Shown here: positions 13,411-25,128 of the stretch, one piece after another
How the letters are laid out: each line of letters opens with the position of its first letter
Position numbering within the stretch: position 1 is the first letter of the stretch
DNA from: Lophium mytilinum
Taxonomy: Eukaryota
Length of the DNA: 64,000 nucleotides
Assembly (NCBI GenBank): GCA_010093605.1
Contig: MU004194.1
Coordinates: 1,402,323-1,466,322 of the forward strand
Direction: 5' to 3'
Translations under genes and position numbers: made by a program
Notes under the pieces: generated by a model
What the model was told of the DNA's origin: nothing
Seen by the model: only the letters and a program-made list of their open reading frames with translations
Databases searched by the model: none

Positions 13411-14704
13411 CTAGGCAGTCCTCTGGTAGATACCGCACACCATCGCGTGGTCACGCTCAAAAGGCTCCAGGGTAAGCTGCTCTTTGGGCTTGATCATCTC
13501 CTCACGAAGCTTGGTGACCTCGCGGGCGAACACAGCCTCGGGCGCGGCGGTCGAGTCGATACAGTTGGCTTTGATGGAAACGATTACTCCTCCACCCATT
13601 TTGAGGAACAAGTGGGCGTTGATGCCAACGATACGGGCTTGATCAGGCTGGGCGACGTCGGCGAAGATGCAGTCGACCATGGAAACGAGCATTCGGTACT
13701 TCAAGGGATGACGGGCGTCCTCAATGATGGGGATAACCTGTGACTTTGTTAGGAATATCTTCTCGTTATCTGACAAGACAACATACGTTGGTTCGGTGCG
13801 TGGCCATGTTGATCAGATCACGTCCAGACCTGTGGGAGAACTCGACGGCGAAGACGGTACCTTCCGGTCCGACGATATCAGCGACGTGAGAAACGCTGGT
13901 TCCGCTAGCTGCACCGAGGTACTATGAGATGATTAGCAGCTTGATCGCACCGTTGTCCAGTAGAGCATTCAACATACTAGAACTTTTGAGCCTGGCTTCA
14001 TGTAGATATCCTCGATACCACCCAAGATACCAGCAGCAAGCTTGCCTATACAACATGTCAGAAGAATATCTTTCAAGGCGGAATGCGCGAGGTTGTCTCA
14101 TACTTCGGAAGGGATTCCAGACACGGTACTCGGTATTCGTCGCCGGTGCAGCATCACCATTCGCGGCCACGGCATTGTCTGAAGAGGGGACTGAGATGCG
14201 CTTCTCGCCGTACACGCTCTCTCCTGGGGTCAGGTTCTTGGTGACGAGCAAATCTTCCTTTCCGCGGGCGACGAAGACACCGGCGTGCCTGTGGGGTTCG
14301 AGAATGACTTTCCTACGATTGCGTTAGAAAAACTGAACCTTGAAGCGTTTGCCCGGTTGACTGGGCTTGCTATGCAACGAAGTGGGAACCAGCTCCCAGA
14401 GGAAATGGTCCGCTACTATCGCAAAATGAATCCAACCGTGAGGTGCAACTTACTGTCCACCCTTTGCTCCAGCAGCACCTCCTCGGGCGCCACCACGGCC
14501 TCCTCTGCCGCCACGGTCTCCGAATCCACCGCGTCCTCGAGGAGCACCTCGTCCTCGGGCACCACCACGGCCTCGATCGCCGAAACCGCCTCGGGAGCCG
14601 CCTCTGCCACCGCGGTCTCCAAAGCCGCCTCTACCGCCTCTGTCTCCAAATCCACCTCTTCCGCCTCCGCGGCCGCCGCGATCTCCTCTTGGGGTGAAGG
14701 CCAT
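13411..14704 (-). CDS. NOP1: Fibrillarin, rRNA 2'-O-methyltransferase (spliced)
   Basis: N-terminal RGG/GAR domain, [41 protein letters not shown] and [13 protein letters not shown], split by GT-AG introns. Confidence 0.97.
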
Positions 14705-15063
14705 GTCTAGTTTCTAGCTCGAAAAGTTGTGAAGCTCGGTATGCGACTGGTAGCAGTCAGAGAGAGTCGCAAGTCGGGCGATTTTGCCGGAGAAAAAGCT
14801 TGCCTTAGTCCTGTCGCATATATTAGCTCGCTGAGTTCACGAGGTGTTAGTCTCGTGCAAAGCGTGGTTGGCAGGCGGCGAGATGGCGATGGGATGGTTG
14901 TGCAAGTTCTCGATGTGATTTTCTTGCGAAAAAAGGCCCAAGCTTATTTTTCGGGACTAGTGTGCCAAGAATCGCTTAGAAGGCGGAAGGCACACTGGGC
15001 TCTCATTTACAATTTCTCGACGACCACGAGCTCGCATCAACCAGGACTCCACCAACCGCCACG

Positions 15064-15946
15064 ATGGTATGGCTCCCCGTCTACTCGATGCTCCGCTTGA
15101 GAAGCAATTCTCGTTGCGACCAAATTGTGCTGACTTGAATGCCCCCAGGTCCGATACGCAGCTACCAGTATCGACAACGCGAAGTCCGCTCGCGCCCGCG
15201 GCTCCTACCTGCGCGTCTCCTTCAAGAACACCCGGGAAACCGCCCAGGCGATCAATGGCTGGAAGTTGCCCCGCGCCATTGCCTACCTCGAGAATGTCAT
15301 TGAGCACAAGGAGGCCGTGCCCATGAGGCGGTACGCTGGAAGCACTGGACGATGCGCACAGGGTGAGTTGAAAACCCCTATGGAGAGGCTACATAATCAC
15401 TGGGAATCACAAAAAGAGTGGTCACGAGAAAATGCACTAGGGCGGCCATGTTGAGAATCGGCATCAAAGAGTCGTTGAATATGGAAGAATATACAGGGAC
15501 AGAACTGACGTAAATCACAGGCAAGCAGTTCGGTGTCTCCAAGGCCCGCTGGCCTGTCAAGTCCGCCGAGTTCCTTCTCGGTCTGCTCAAGAACGCCGAA
15601 GCCAATGCCGACACCAAGGGTCTCGATACCAGCAACCTCCAGGTCAAGCACATCCAAGTCAACCAGGCCCCCAAGCAGCGGAGACGCACTTACCGCGCTC
15701 ACGGCAGAGTACGTGCCATCGCCAATCCTTCCTCGACTGATCCAGACGACACTCGATGAAGAGAGGGATTGCTAACAATATAACTAGATCAACCCCTACA
15801 TGTCCAATCCCTGCCACATTGAGCTGATCCTTACCGAGGGCGAGGAGGTTGTCCAGAAGTCTCCAGAGGTTGTCGGCCGCGAGCAGGCCCGCTTGAACTC
15901 GAGGCAGCGTGGTGCACGCACCCGCAGGGCCATCACCGCCGCGTAA
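15064..15946 (+). CDS. RPL17: 60S ribosomal protein L17 (uL22)
   Basis: ATG-only first exon, intron 15067-15148, then [46 protein letters not shown] and [27 protein letters not shown] ends at 15946. Confidence 0.96.
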
Positions 15947-16300
15947 AGAGAGAGGGTATGGGTGAAGGTTCAATAAGCATGGTGGAGAAAATGGTTACCC
16001 GGTTTCATGAGGGCTATAGGAGTCTACCTCTTTGCAGCGGAACGAATTTCCATACTTCAATCGTGTCTCTGCATAGGTTTATGAAATCAAGTGGACGGTT
16101 TTTCGCCGACAATCATGGGAATCGTACTACGTGCATCACGCCTAGGTCAATAACCTAGTATCGCAGCTAGCCTTTACACCACAGCCTCATGGGGAAAGTT
16201 TGAAGATTGCCATGCTCCCAAAGCGTAGGTCTATTCGAGCCTCTAAATTTCAAAGTCATGTTTTTGTCAAGTTCAAAGAATCCTCCATCGCTCGTTCTCC

Positions 16301-17767
16301 CTAAAGCACCGACTTCTTATCATCTATGAACGATTCGTCTCCATTGAAATGCCTATAGAACCGTCAGCTCAGCACAAAGCGTAACAAAAACTGAGCAAGA
16401 GTGCGTCAGAACTCACCATCCATACTCCTGCCCACCAGCCAGAAAACTGCAATCACTATTCAGCTCGCAATCCCAACCCCCGACCACTCCCCCTTCCGTC
16501 CTCCACCCAACATCCGGAATCCGATCAGGCTTAGCCGGGTCCCACACATCCCTCTCCACACTCACAGGACTCTTGACCCTCCGGTTGAACTTCGACAACC
16601 CGCACGTGAAAGCGTCGAAGTCATCCTCGGACTCGTCCTCGGGCATCCGTCCCGTCAGCACTCGGCCGACAGCGATGATGGTCGCGGCGTGCGAGCATAT
16701 GAGCACGGATCGCGGCTGCGCGGGATGGGCGTCGAGGTCTAGAATCATGCGGTGGAGGGCGTAGGCGAGGCGGTTGTGGAGGCCTGGGATCGTCTCGCCG
16801 TTTGTGGCTGGCGTGATGATGGGGCGGTAGGTTGGGTCGATGCTGGGGAAGTGGCTTAGGAGGACGGAGGGGGGTGCTGGGGAGGGGTGGTGGAAGTGGG
16901 CGCGGCCGAAGAACTCTCTGTTGGAGGAAGATGGCGTTAGCTTGGGTTCTGTAGATTGGTGTTGTGGGCTCGAGGTAGGGGTTTGGCCGCTCTTTGAAAG
17001 ATTGACATCCAGGAGATTTGGTTTGGCGGGATGTGGAGTTGATCTCCGTCGTCAGTCTGCCTAGGAGTCGTTCTGAATTATGGTATAGGCTTAGGCTCCA
17101 AGGGAGCCATATAGGTGTGCTGCCAGTCCCACGTAATTACAATATGCAGCCCCAGGTACGATGAGAGGGAGCGTCAGACTATCCACCCGCAAAATAGAAT
17201 GAAGATCAACCCGCAGCATTTGATAATATTCACGGTATCTTCTTCATTGTAATGGCATGCTTGCGGAACCAAACATCCCTTTCCCTACTAGCTGCGATTT
17301 CACACCGTCGGAGATGTCTGGTTTAGGCAAAGCAATACTCATCCCGAGGAAACTGATTATAGATCCTGGCCTCGACGAAACCAAATCGAATGAGACGTCA
17401 AAATACCAAAGAGCGGCGTCAGATATCTTCCAAGTTAAGAAAATAGTAAATACCCAATTCCATTCTCCACCCTCACCAAAGGGAACTCTTTCCGCTGCGA
17501 AAACACCGTTTCAAGCGCGGGAGTGAGTGTTTGCAGACATCGATAAAACGGGCTGGAGTAAATGATGTCTACTGGCGGGTCGAGCTGTGAGATATGGTTC
17601 GCAAACTCTTTGGACTGTTCGACGCCGTGCGCTGCCAGAACGGGATCGTTGCCCAAGCCAGTGGGGTTTGCAATGCCGTAAGCTGAGCTGTAGACGCCCG
17701 TTTTTGAGTCGAGGTTATAATGGACCCTATTGGCGTGGCGTAGCACATAGATGGTTTCTAATACCAT
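16301..17767 (-). CDS. Histidine phosphatase / phosphoglycerate mutase family protein, TFIIIC tau55 (Tfc7)-like
   Basis: MVLETIYVLRHA (RH motif), DPVLAAHGVEQSKE, IYSSPFYRCLQT, ENGIGEFFG across intron 16918-17453, LICSHAATIIAVGR, final exon WHFNGDESF ending in TAG. Confidence 0.85.
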
Positions 17768-18207
17768 CTTATTGGAGTGGGAGAGGAGAAATAGAGGGGT
17801 GGTTGCGAGAGAGGTTCCCAAAGCGCCCGCATGCCACATGCGGAGACTAGCTGCATTTGGTGTGCACTGAACAAGCCTCGGCAACTATCAAATGAATTGC
17901 TGACGCTTGAAGTGTATCTCGGGAAAGGAAGTTCGTGGTAAGAGTTTTGGCCCCAGATATTGCCTTTCTGAAAAGTCGGTGGGCCGAAAATGCTATCAAT
18001 CAGTAACATGTTTGAAGCAGTAGATGAGATAGGCGCCTATTCCATGGCGCATTTCAAGGTTCATATTTCACTAATGATGCACAAAATGATAGATCACACA
18101 GATGATAGCCTGCATTCTACAGACTCCATAAGTGCTGCCTCCCTCTCAGACCTAGAGCCCGGTTGTGGTATGTCGTATTCCTTCGTACCCCATTTTGTTG
18201 TAGATAT

Positions 18208-18828
18208 CTAGTAGAAGAAACCGAGGATCTTTCCAGACACATGCTTCCTCCTGGCCTCCTCGTGGTCCATGATGCCGGCAGACGTAGTGAGGATGATGCA
18301 TCCAAACTGACGAGATGGCAGGAGCTTGACGATCCACTTCTCGAGGTCGCGGAGCTGGACGTTGTATCGGGGGCTGATGACACCGGTCTTGTTGATCCTG
18401 CCGTTGAGCGAGATGACAATCTTGCCGTTGCGGTGGTCATCGACCTCCTCGAAGTCGGAGATGTAGCCTGCATCAAAGATGTCAGCATGTTGCGTAAGAT
18501 TAAACGTTGTACGTCAGGAGAATTCAGAGAACGTGTAAGATCTTCGTCATAATCTATCGGACACTTAAAGGGCAAAGGTTGTAGGGGAATCAAAACCATT
18601 GCCTAGTTATCAGTCCGAAGGAAAAGAAATTGCTCCACGTACCATGCTTTTGCATCACCGTGAGGAACTTGATGATGACCTTGGAGCTGGGTCGGATGAG
18701 GACCTGGCGCTTTCCAGTCTTCTCGGCATTGTTGATGCTGCTCGCTTGTCAGTTCGTGGCCTCGAATCGCATGCCAGGTGGAAAACTCACGCGTTGAGCG
18801 CATCGTTGAGAACGGAAGTCTTGACCAT
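18208..18828 (-). CDS. RPS22: 40S ribosomal protein S22 (uS8)
   Basis: [57 protein letters not shown] and [26 protein letters not shown]; two introns. Confidence 0.96.
18485..18619 (-). ncRNA. SNR44: Intronic box H/ACA snoRNA, snR44-like
   Basis: In RPS22 intron 2, sense strand: hairpin 1 (UCGGAC/GUCCGA base stem, GGCAA-GGUU/AACC-UUGCC upper stem), H box AGAUUA, hairpin 2 (AAGAU/AUCUU, ACGUU/AACGU) and ACA just before the branch point. Pockets GAUAACU+UUUAA and UCUUACA+UUUA complement conserved 18S (UUAAA-UC-AGUUAUC) and 25S (UAAA-UA-UGUAAGA) sites recalled from yeast. Confidence 0.85.
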
Positions 18829-19332
18829 GGTTGCGGATTGAGAGCTCAAACGGCGAGATGCGGATTGAGGTGTCTGTACCACAATTGGAATTAGCCATCA
18901 GAAGCCTGAGCTTGAGAGTGCCCCCGGGTCGAGCCCGAAAGGGTTCTTCAGCTCATGTCGTGATAGAGGCGCGTATCGACTGCAGGTCCGCACAGAGACA
19001 GACAAGCAGGCGATTGCTCTCCATGGCTACCTGAGGGCACTCGGGTGCGAGGGTGATACATACATACCTCGAGAGTTGGTGATGGCGATGGGCGTGGAAT
19101 CGAGAATGTTGGAACTGAAATTTTGGTGTTGGTGTGGGCGGCTTTCGCTAGTGCGAAATATCCCGAGTGGGGCCGTGCATTGGACGGGCATAAAGTTATG
19201 TAAGCCGACCTCTCCTTCATGACGCGCAAGATATCGCCTGTCTTCGTGTTCACATGTAGTAATTCCCTACTTCCTTCCGCCCCCTCATGTATTAGACATC
19301 CTTCGATACTTCGTCTAGAAATACTGTTTAAT

Positions 19333-20255
19333 ATGTCTTCAGAAGCATGCTGCACTTGCGCAGCCTTCCTATCGTCTATCCCTCCTACGTACGACGAGAA
19401 GACCGAGAAGCCTGCTCTTTACGAACGTCGGCTCGAGTGCTGTGATCGGGCTATTTGCGCTCGATGTATTACTGATAATGCGCGCTTCAGCACGTACTGC
19501 CCGTATTGTCAAGTGTCCATAGTACCAACTTCCCTTCCCCAAGGGCTGCGCGATCCGCCTCCATACTCGCCACCTACATCTCCCAGACTTCCTCAATCCG
19601 CGCGGGCAGCCCAGTCAAACCAGGAGGCATTACCTGCCTACTCTAAACATAACTCTTTACAGCCACCGCCTGAGAAGTCTGGGGACTTGGGTGAGCCGGC
19701 TCCAGACGTCCTACACTTCATCGATCCTTCGAACGATACCATCGCGTCGCTCTCATTGCGGTATGGGGTCCCTGCTGGAGCTCTGAGAACCACAAATGGA
19801 TTGTATGCGGATCATCTGCTGGCGGCCCGTCGCACTGTCCTCATTCCGGGCGAATTTTACAAAGGCGGGGTGAGTTTGAGTCCTCGTCCGTTAGAAGGAG
19901 AAGAGGAAGAAAGTAGGAAAGGTAAAGTGAGAAAATGGATGGTGGCCTGTAAAGTAGCGGAGTAAGTGTTATCCACATCTTGACCTAGTCGTGTGTACAA
20001 GTTTTGAACCAACGTGGCTGACCAACGGGGAGTGTTGCTCCAAATTGCAGATATGACATTGCTCTGCTCTACCTCGAACAATCAGAATACGACCTAGAAT
20101 TAGCGATAGCAGCATACAAAGAAGATGAGACCTGGGAAAGGAACCACCCTCTGCAAGCAGCAAAGAATGGCAAATCGTCTGCGTTACAATCGCCTACACG
20201 GCGGAGGTGGGGTATTGGCGGTAGTGGAGGGGGGCTGTCAAGTCAGTTATCGTGA
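19333..20255 (+). CDS. LysM-domain protein with Cys-rich N-terminus and UBA-like C-terminus
   Basis: CCTCA...CCDRAICARC...YCPYCQ; LysM HFIDPSNDTIASLSLRYGVPAGALRTTNGL...VLIPG; intron 19962-20050; exon 2 YDIALLYLEQSEYDLELAIAAY. No signal peptide. Confidence 0.8.
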
Positions 20256-21537
20256 GCAGATACCATGTTCGCGGCGATGACAACACCACTGGCATGTCGT
20301 CGAGCTGAGCCATAATTTGATACTGCTCTTTTAGGGTGCAGAATCTCTCGAGGCGCACTTCTTGCAGTGAAAAAATTGAAGGACATCCTGTTTTAAGGCT
20401 TGTCGGCAACGAACAATAACATCTAAAATTGCCATATCTATAGGAAGGCACGTCCTTCAGGTCATGCAATTTGTCTCCGGCACCACACTGCCAGATGTAA
20501 CACTTCAACTAGAATAGTTGCACATACTTGAAGACCGAGAGGCTACAGATATCTAGAATTTCTTGCATGGGCATATCTCTATCCTTAGCGACAATGACGA
20601 ATTCGATTTTTAGCAGCTCGAATAATTAGGTGGGCACGGTTCGATCGAAGGCGGCCCACCAGCTGATGTAGCACGACAGTTCAACACCAGGCGGTTCTAC
20701 ACTGCACTTCTTAGCCGTCGCAGCACTTATTCATGCGCGAGGATAAGCAATGGGGTCCCACATCATACGAGTGTAATTCTACTCAGGTCAATCTTTAATC
20801 GCTTCACACGTGCATTTTGGCGCACCAATCCGCGGTGTTCGTTGTAAGCGCCCACGTCTGCCGAATCACGACTCCAGACGACGTGAATCCAACTCTGTTC
20901 CAAGCGCCTGCACCTAGCTAGATCGATGGCCGGGCCAGAAATACACCTTGTGCACGAACAACAGGCCTCCAGGGCGCGACGCTCCCGCATGGCGCACACC
21001 CGAAGCCTTAACGACGAGCAATGATTCGAGGCGCTCTGAGATCGACCACAGGTGAACCCTCTGGCGGCCGCCACGGTGCTTAATCTCCCTTTCCTAGGCC
21101 GCACCGGGCGACAAGACGAGGTTGGAGCGTAGCGACCGTAGTGATGGAAGCCCGCGAAGCCTTTGAGTGGCTCCTTTCGCCTGCATCGGTGGTAAGCTCT
21201 CGAGGCCTCATCTGCAAGCAGCGCTATTTTGACCTATCTACGCGCTGATATGTCGCGGGGATGAACAGCCGGGGGTCCTGTTCCCGGTCGCGGTTCGACA
21301 GGAAATGAAACCTTCGTTGCTACCATTGCTGTTTTAAAGGATTGCTGTTCCCGCCTCCGTTTCCACTACTTCAGAGGCTTCAGCATATCCGTCGAACGTC
21401 TTTCCGTTGTTTGGTGAGCCACCAAACGTCCTGTTCATTTCAATTCGCTTCTTTCAGGTTGATCCTACCCGTATAATCTTTATTCTTCTTATTTGCTTCA
21501 CTTTGCTGCACCCGTAGCTCCTCTGTCTTCTCTCAGA

Positions 21538-22299
21538 ATGAAGATCAACCCCGCCCCTCTCCATGCCGCCCAGGCCGTGGTCATCGGAGTGTGCTTTTGC
21601 ATGTCAGTAGCCGTTCTTGGGACAGCAGCACATACTCTTCATGTCTTCAACACACAACAATCAACCAATCCTTGGTGGTTACCACTTTGGCCTCAACACT
21701 TCGACTCTAACGGTGCGAAAGCCGTGATTGGTTCCGCTGTGACCGTGATGGTGCTGAGTGCCATATTCCTGGTTTTTGCTCTTGTCCCACGAGTAAGTAT
21801 TGTTCTCATATTGGATCGTCCGTTGCTGACAGTTTTAGTTCAACCCTGCTAGTCGATATACTTTCCGTGCCGCTCTCGCCCTGGGAACCGCCCTCCCAGG
21901 AGGATTGGCGACTCTTTGCACCGTCGTCTATGCTCATATCCTTAACAACAACTCGCCTGAGCTTGACACGATTCAGACATGGACGTGCAAGTACAAGAGC
22001 GATAAGCCTATGGCGCAAGACATGGGTCTGCCATCTGGAATGGGCAACGGGGCGTTTGGGTCACTGTGCACAGAAAGTGTAAGTTCAAAGCTACCAGGTC
22101 CCCTCACGCATCACCAAAGCTAATAATTCGTAAGAAATTTGCCATATATGGTACTTTAGTCACCTTCCTTCTACTCGCTATGTCGCTTGGCGTTTCCATC
22201 GTTGCATGGCTGGCTGATAAGTGGGCTGCCCGTCAACGTGGCAAGGAGTGGACGGACCAGAACAACGTTGAGATGGCTAGCCAAGTGCCAAAGTACTAA
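21538..22299 (+). CDS. Four-TM membrane protein (MARVEL-like), two introns
   Basis: Hydrophobic segments, PWWLPLWPQHFD and DTIQTWTC motifs; GTAAGT donors at about 21792 and 22078. Confidence 0.65.
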
Positions 22300-23338
22300 A
22301 TTCGTACTCGTCTTGCGCCACTAAGCGTTGGCATTGAAGGAAAAGCTTGGAGCTAGGTCGCTCGTATTACGTAGGTGTCATATCAAGGGCGAGAATGGAG
22401 GATTGTACGGCACTGGTTGGTCGTCCTATTGAAGGCGGCTCGTTTCATCATGTTATCAGGAGGGCGCAGAGGATTTCGAGACACACGTGTCTTGTCTGCA
22501 GGCGTAAGGGGCCACTGGCGGTGTTTGTGGACGCAAGCGTCTTGAAGAATCCGTCTTTACGAATGTATAGGCTACATTTCGAGCCACATAGAGTGGCTAA
22601 TTATCAATAGAGTTATCAGACATGTTTCCAAATGCGCATCTTGGAGAATGAATGTGGGCGCTGAAGTGATAGGGCAGCAAGTATGCCGCTAGTTCCGACG
22701 AGGTTTAGCGCCAAGTACTTTTAGCCAGTGCAGGTGCTCCCCTCTCGAGATGCATGCCACGTCGCTATACAGATTCTGAAACATGCTGGCCGACAAGGAA
22801 GGCCATCTAGCAGGGAACTGAGTGGACAGTTAACTCTAAGTCGTTCTTTCCCCCGCCTGCGGCACAGCGGCCCCACCTGCACAATGTACCCCTGAAGACT
22901 CACGCGCTGCCACCTACCTTTGTTTGCAACAGCGACCTCGATTCACTACGGCGACACAGCGGACTCTCCAGGAGGCGCGGCTAGTATGACAGTCTAGCAA
23001 GACATTCATCGGTTTTCCTAGTAAGCTGTTTGCGAGCAGTGTTCGCAGGCTCAGCCCCACCAATAGTTCGTATCTCGGTGTGGCGGTGCGAACGCGAGGC
23101 AGGTGATCCGCCGCGGGCCCCAGGCAGCCGTAAATGATATCAGGCCCTCACGCCCTGGCTTCTCCTGCATTCATCTTCACTCTCGGGCATATAGCACTCT
23201 TTATCTTCGTCACTCGTTTCCTCTGATATTGGGTCTGAACACGCTTTCGCCCCCACGGACCTCTACGACCTTAACCGTAGCCGACGAATTCGGAATTCTT
23301 ACTCACTCTCGGCGTCGGTAACCGACCGTGTTCACTCT

Positions 23339-24264
23339 ATGTCTACTTCATCCACGGCCTTGCCACAAATGTCGCCAGAATGGCAGATAGTTGTAGCATC
23401 GCTAGTCCTCGCCCTCGTTGTGTCCATTCCCTTCATTGTCCAGATCTACAAAATGGAAACTCAAGTCACACCATTTCGATTTCTTGAATTGCCCCAGGAA
23501 CTGCGAGACATCGTTTACGAGCATCTGATCGAAGATCCCTCTCCTTCATACCCCCCGACGATGACATCGCCAGTCAAGCCCCTCTCTTCTCTCTCCTGGA
23601 TCTTACCTCAACGCCCAACCCCACGTAGCAGCAACTGGACCATGCTCACGAGCCGTCAAGTGTACCAAGAATACATGGATGTACTTTGCAGAAAGGGGAG
23701 GTTTACCTTTACTGTGGACCAAGACAATCACACCAAGCGCAACCTATGGCCGATCCGAGCGGAGACGCTCAGTAGTGTCCGAAAGTGCGACCTTAGGCTC
23801 ATCGCAACGTCGAAGATGCTGGGAGCCGTCGATCCCCGCAGCGTTCCACAGGGATGGCCTCTCCGAGACAAGATCTGTGAAACTTTGGCTGGCGTGGAGA
23901 AAGCGGAGGATCTCAACTTGCATGTTCGCGCTATTGGAGATCCGTATGTTCACACCCACTTCACTTGGTCTGCTTGTAAGACGTTTGCTTACACCATCGC
24001 AGGTTGTGGAATCCACTCTGGGTCTGGTTCCATGCTTCCCAGGCGTTCAAAGACAGCGGCAGGCTTTGTTTCAACCGCATCACGTTCAGTCTCGACGAAT
24101 GTTTCCCAGGACAAAATCATTTGGGCAGGAACAACGAGGGCCATTGGTGCTGGCAATGTCCTTCGAACCACGAGGTTGCTGCTGACCCAGAGCAATGCAC
24201 TGTGCGCGATTTCTGCTCGGCCTTGTATGCAGAGTGCGAGGAATGTCCCAGCCTGGAGGCATAA
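23339..24264 (+). CDS. F-box-like (FLxLPxELR) domain hypothetical protein
   Basis: PFRFLELPQELRDIVYEHL; intron about 23944-24003 joins IGDP to LWNPLWVW; Cys-rich C-terminus. Confidence 0.7.
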
Positions 24265-25128
24265 TGGGGACAAGGTGTGGTGATGTGGAGTCAGGAAACG
24301 AGCCCGAGAGTATGTTTAACTCGCAGCACTATGCATTTGTGGAGTTCAGGAAGGGAATACCTCTTGGGATAAACAAAGGCCCTGGAGGTCAACAGTGTAA
24401 TGGTAATGGGGGATGTACGATCACTTAGGGATATTGAGGGTTGTTCGGATTATAGTAGCCGATTGCTGGTCAATTGTCACAGCCTGCAATTACAATACAT
24501 TAGTGTCTCACGACTTTCTTGAGCGCGTCTCTCGTGAAAAGGAGCCGGTGGGGTTGATATGCTGTAGTAATCAAGCAAAGTCATCCAGGTACCGGCCCGA
24601 GTACTCGGGGCTGATTTACCCGGCGCAGTATGACGGCATGCTCGAATCTCTAACTTGGGAGCGGACAAGCAAGTTTTCAAAATGGGGGGCATTGTGACAG
24701 CTGCCACTCGGATGCGCTGCATTGGTGGTGGGCTAGTAATCAGGCCCTGCTACTACGACCTAAATATGACTGCCCTTTCTGTTCGCGGGGATCGCCGTAG
24801 CCGGCTCGATCGGAGTGTCTCCGATTTAATAGCAAAACCCTTGGTGATGATCCCCATCAATGCGCGCCGCAACGCCACAGATGCCGATATGCGGCGGCTG
24901 GAACGCGTCGGCCCTCTAGAGGACCCTTTCACTGCCCACATAGACCAGCTCTGCACCTTCCGGAGGTTTCTGTGCTAAAAGGATAGGCGTCGTCGGTGGC
25001 GCTAGGAACGCAGTGTCTCGAAGCTTTTTCCCACCCAACTCCCATCTTCCTTACTTTGCCCAGGTGCGCATTTGATTGCGGGGAGGGGATTACTACCCGA
25101 CATATACCTAGCAGTCATTTCCGATTCC

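Noticed and set aside
15363..15520. Possible snoRNA in RPL17 intron 2
   Set aside because: No convincing C/D pair or hairpin-H-hairpin-ACA layout.
21250..21305. GGTTCGA-containing hairpin resembling a tRNA T-arm
   Set aside because: No cloverleaf or A box; only an imperfect GC-rich hairpin.
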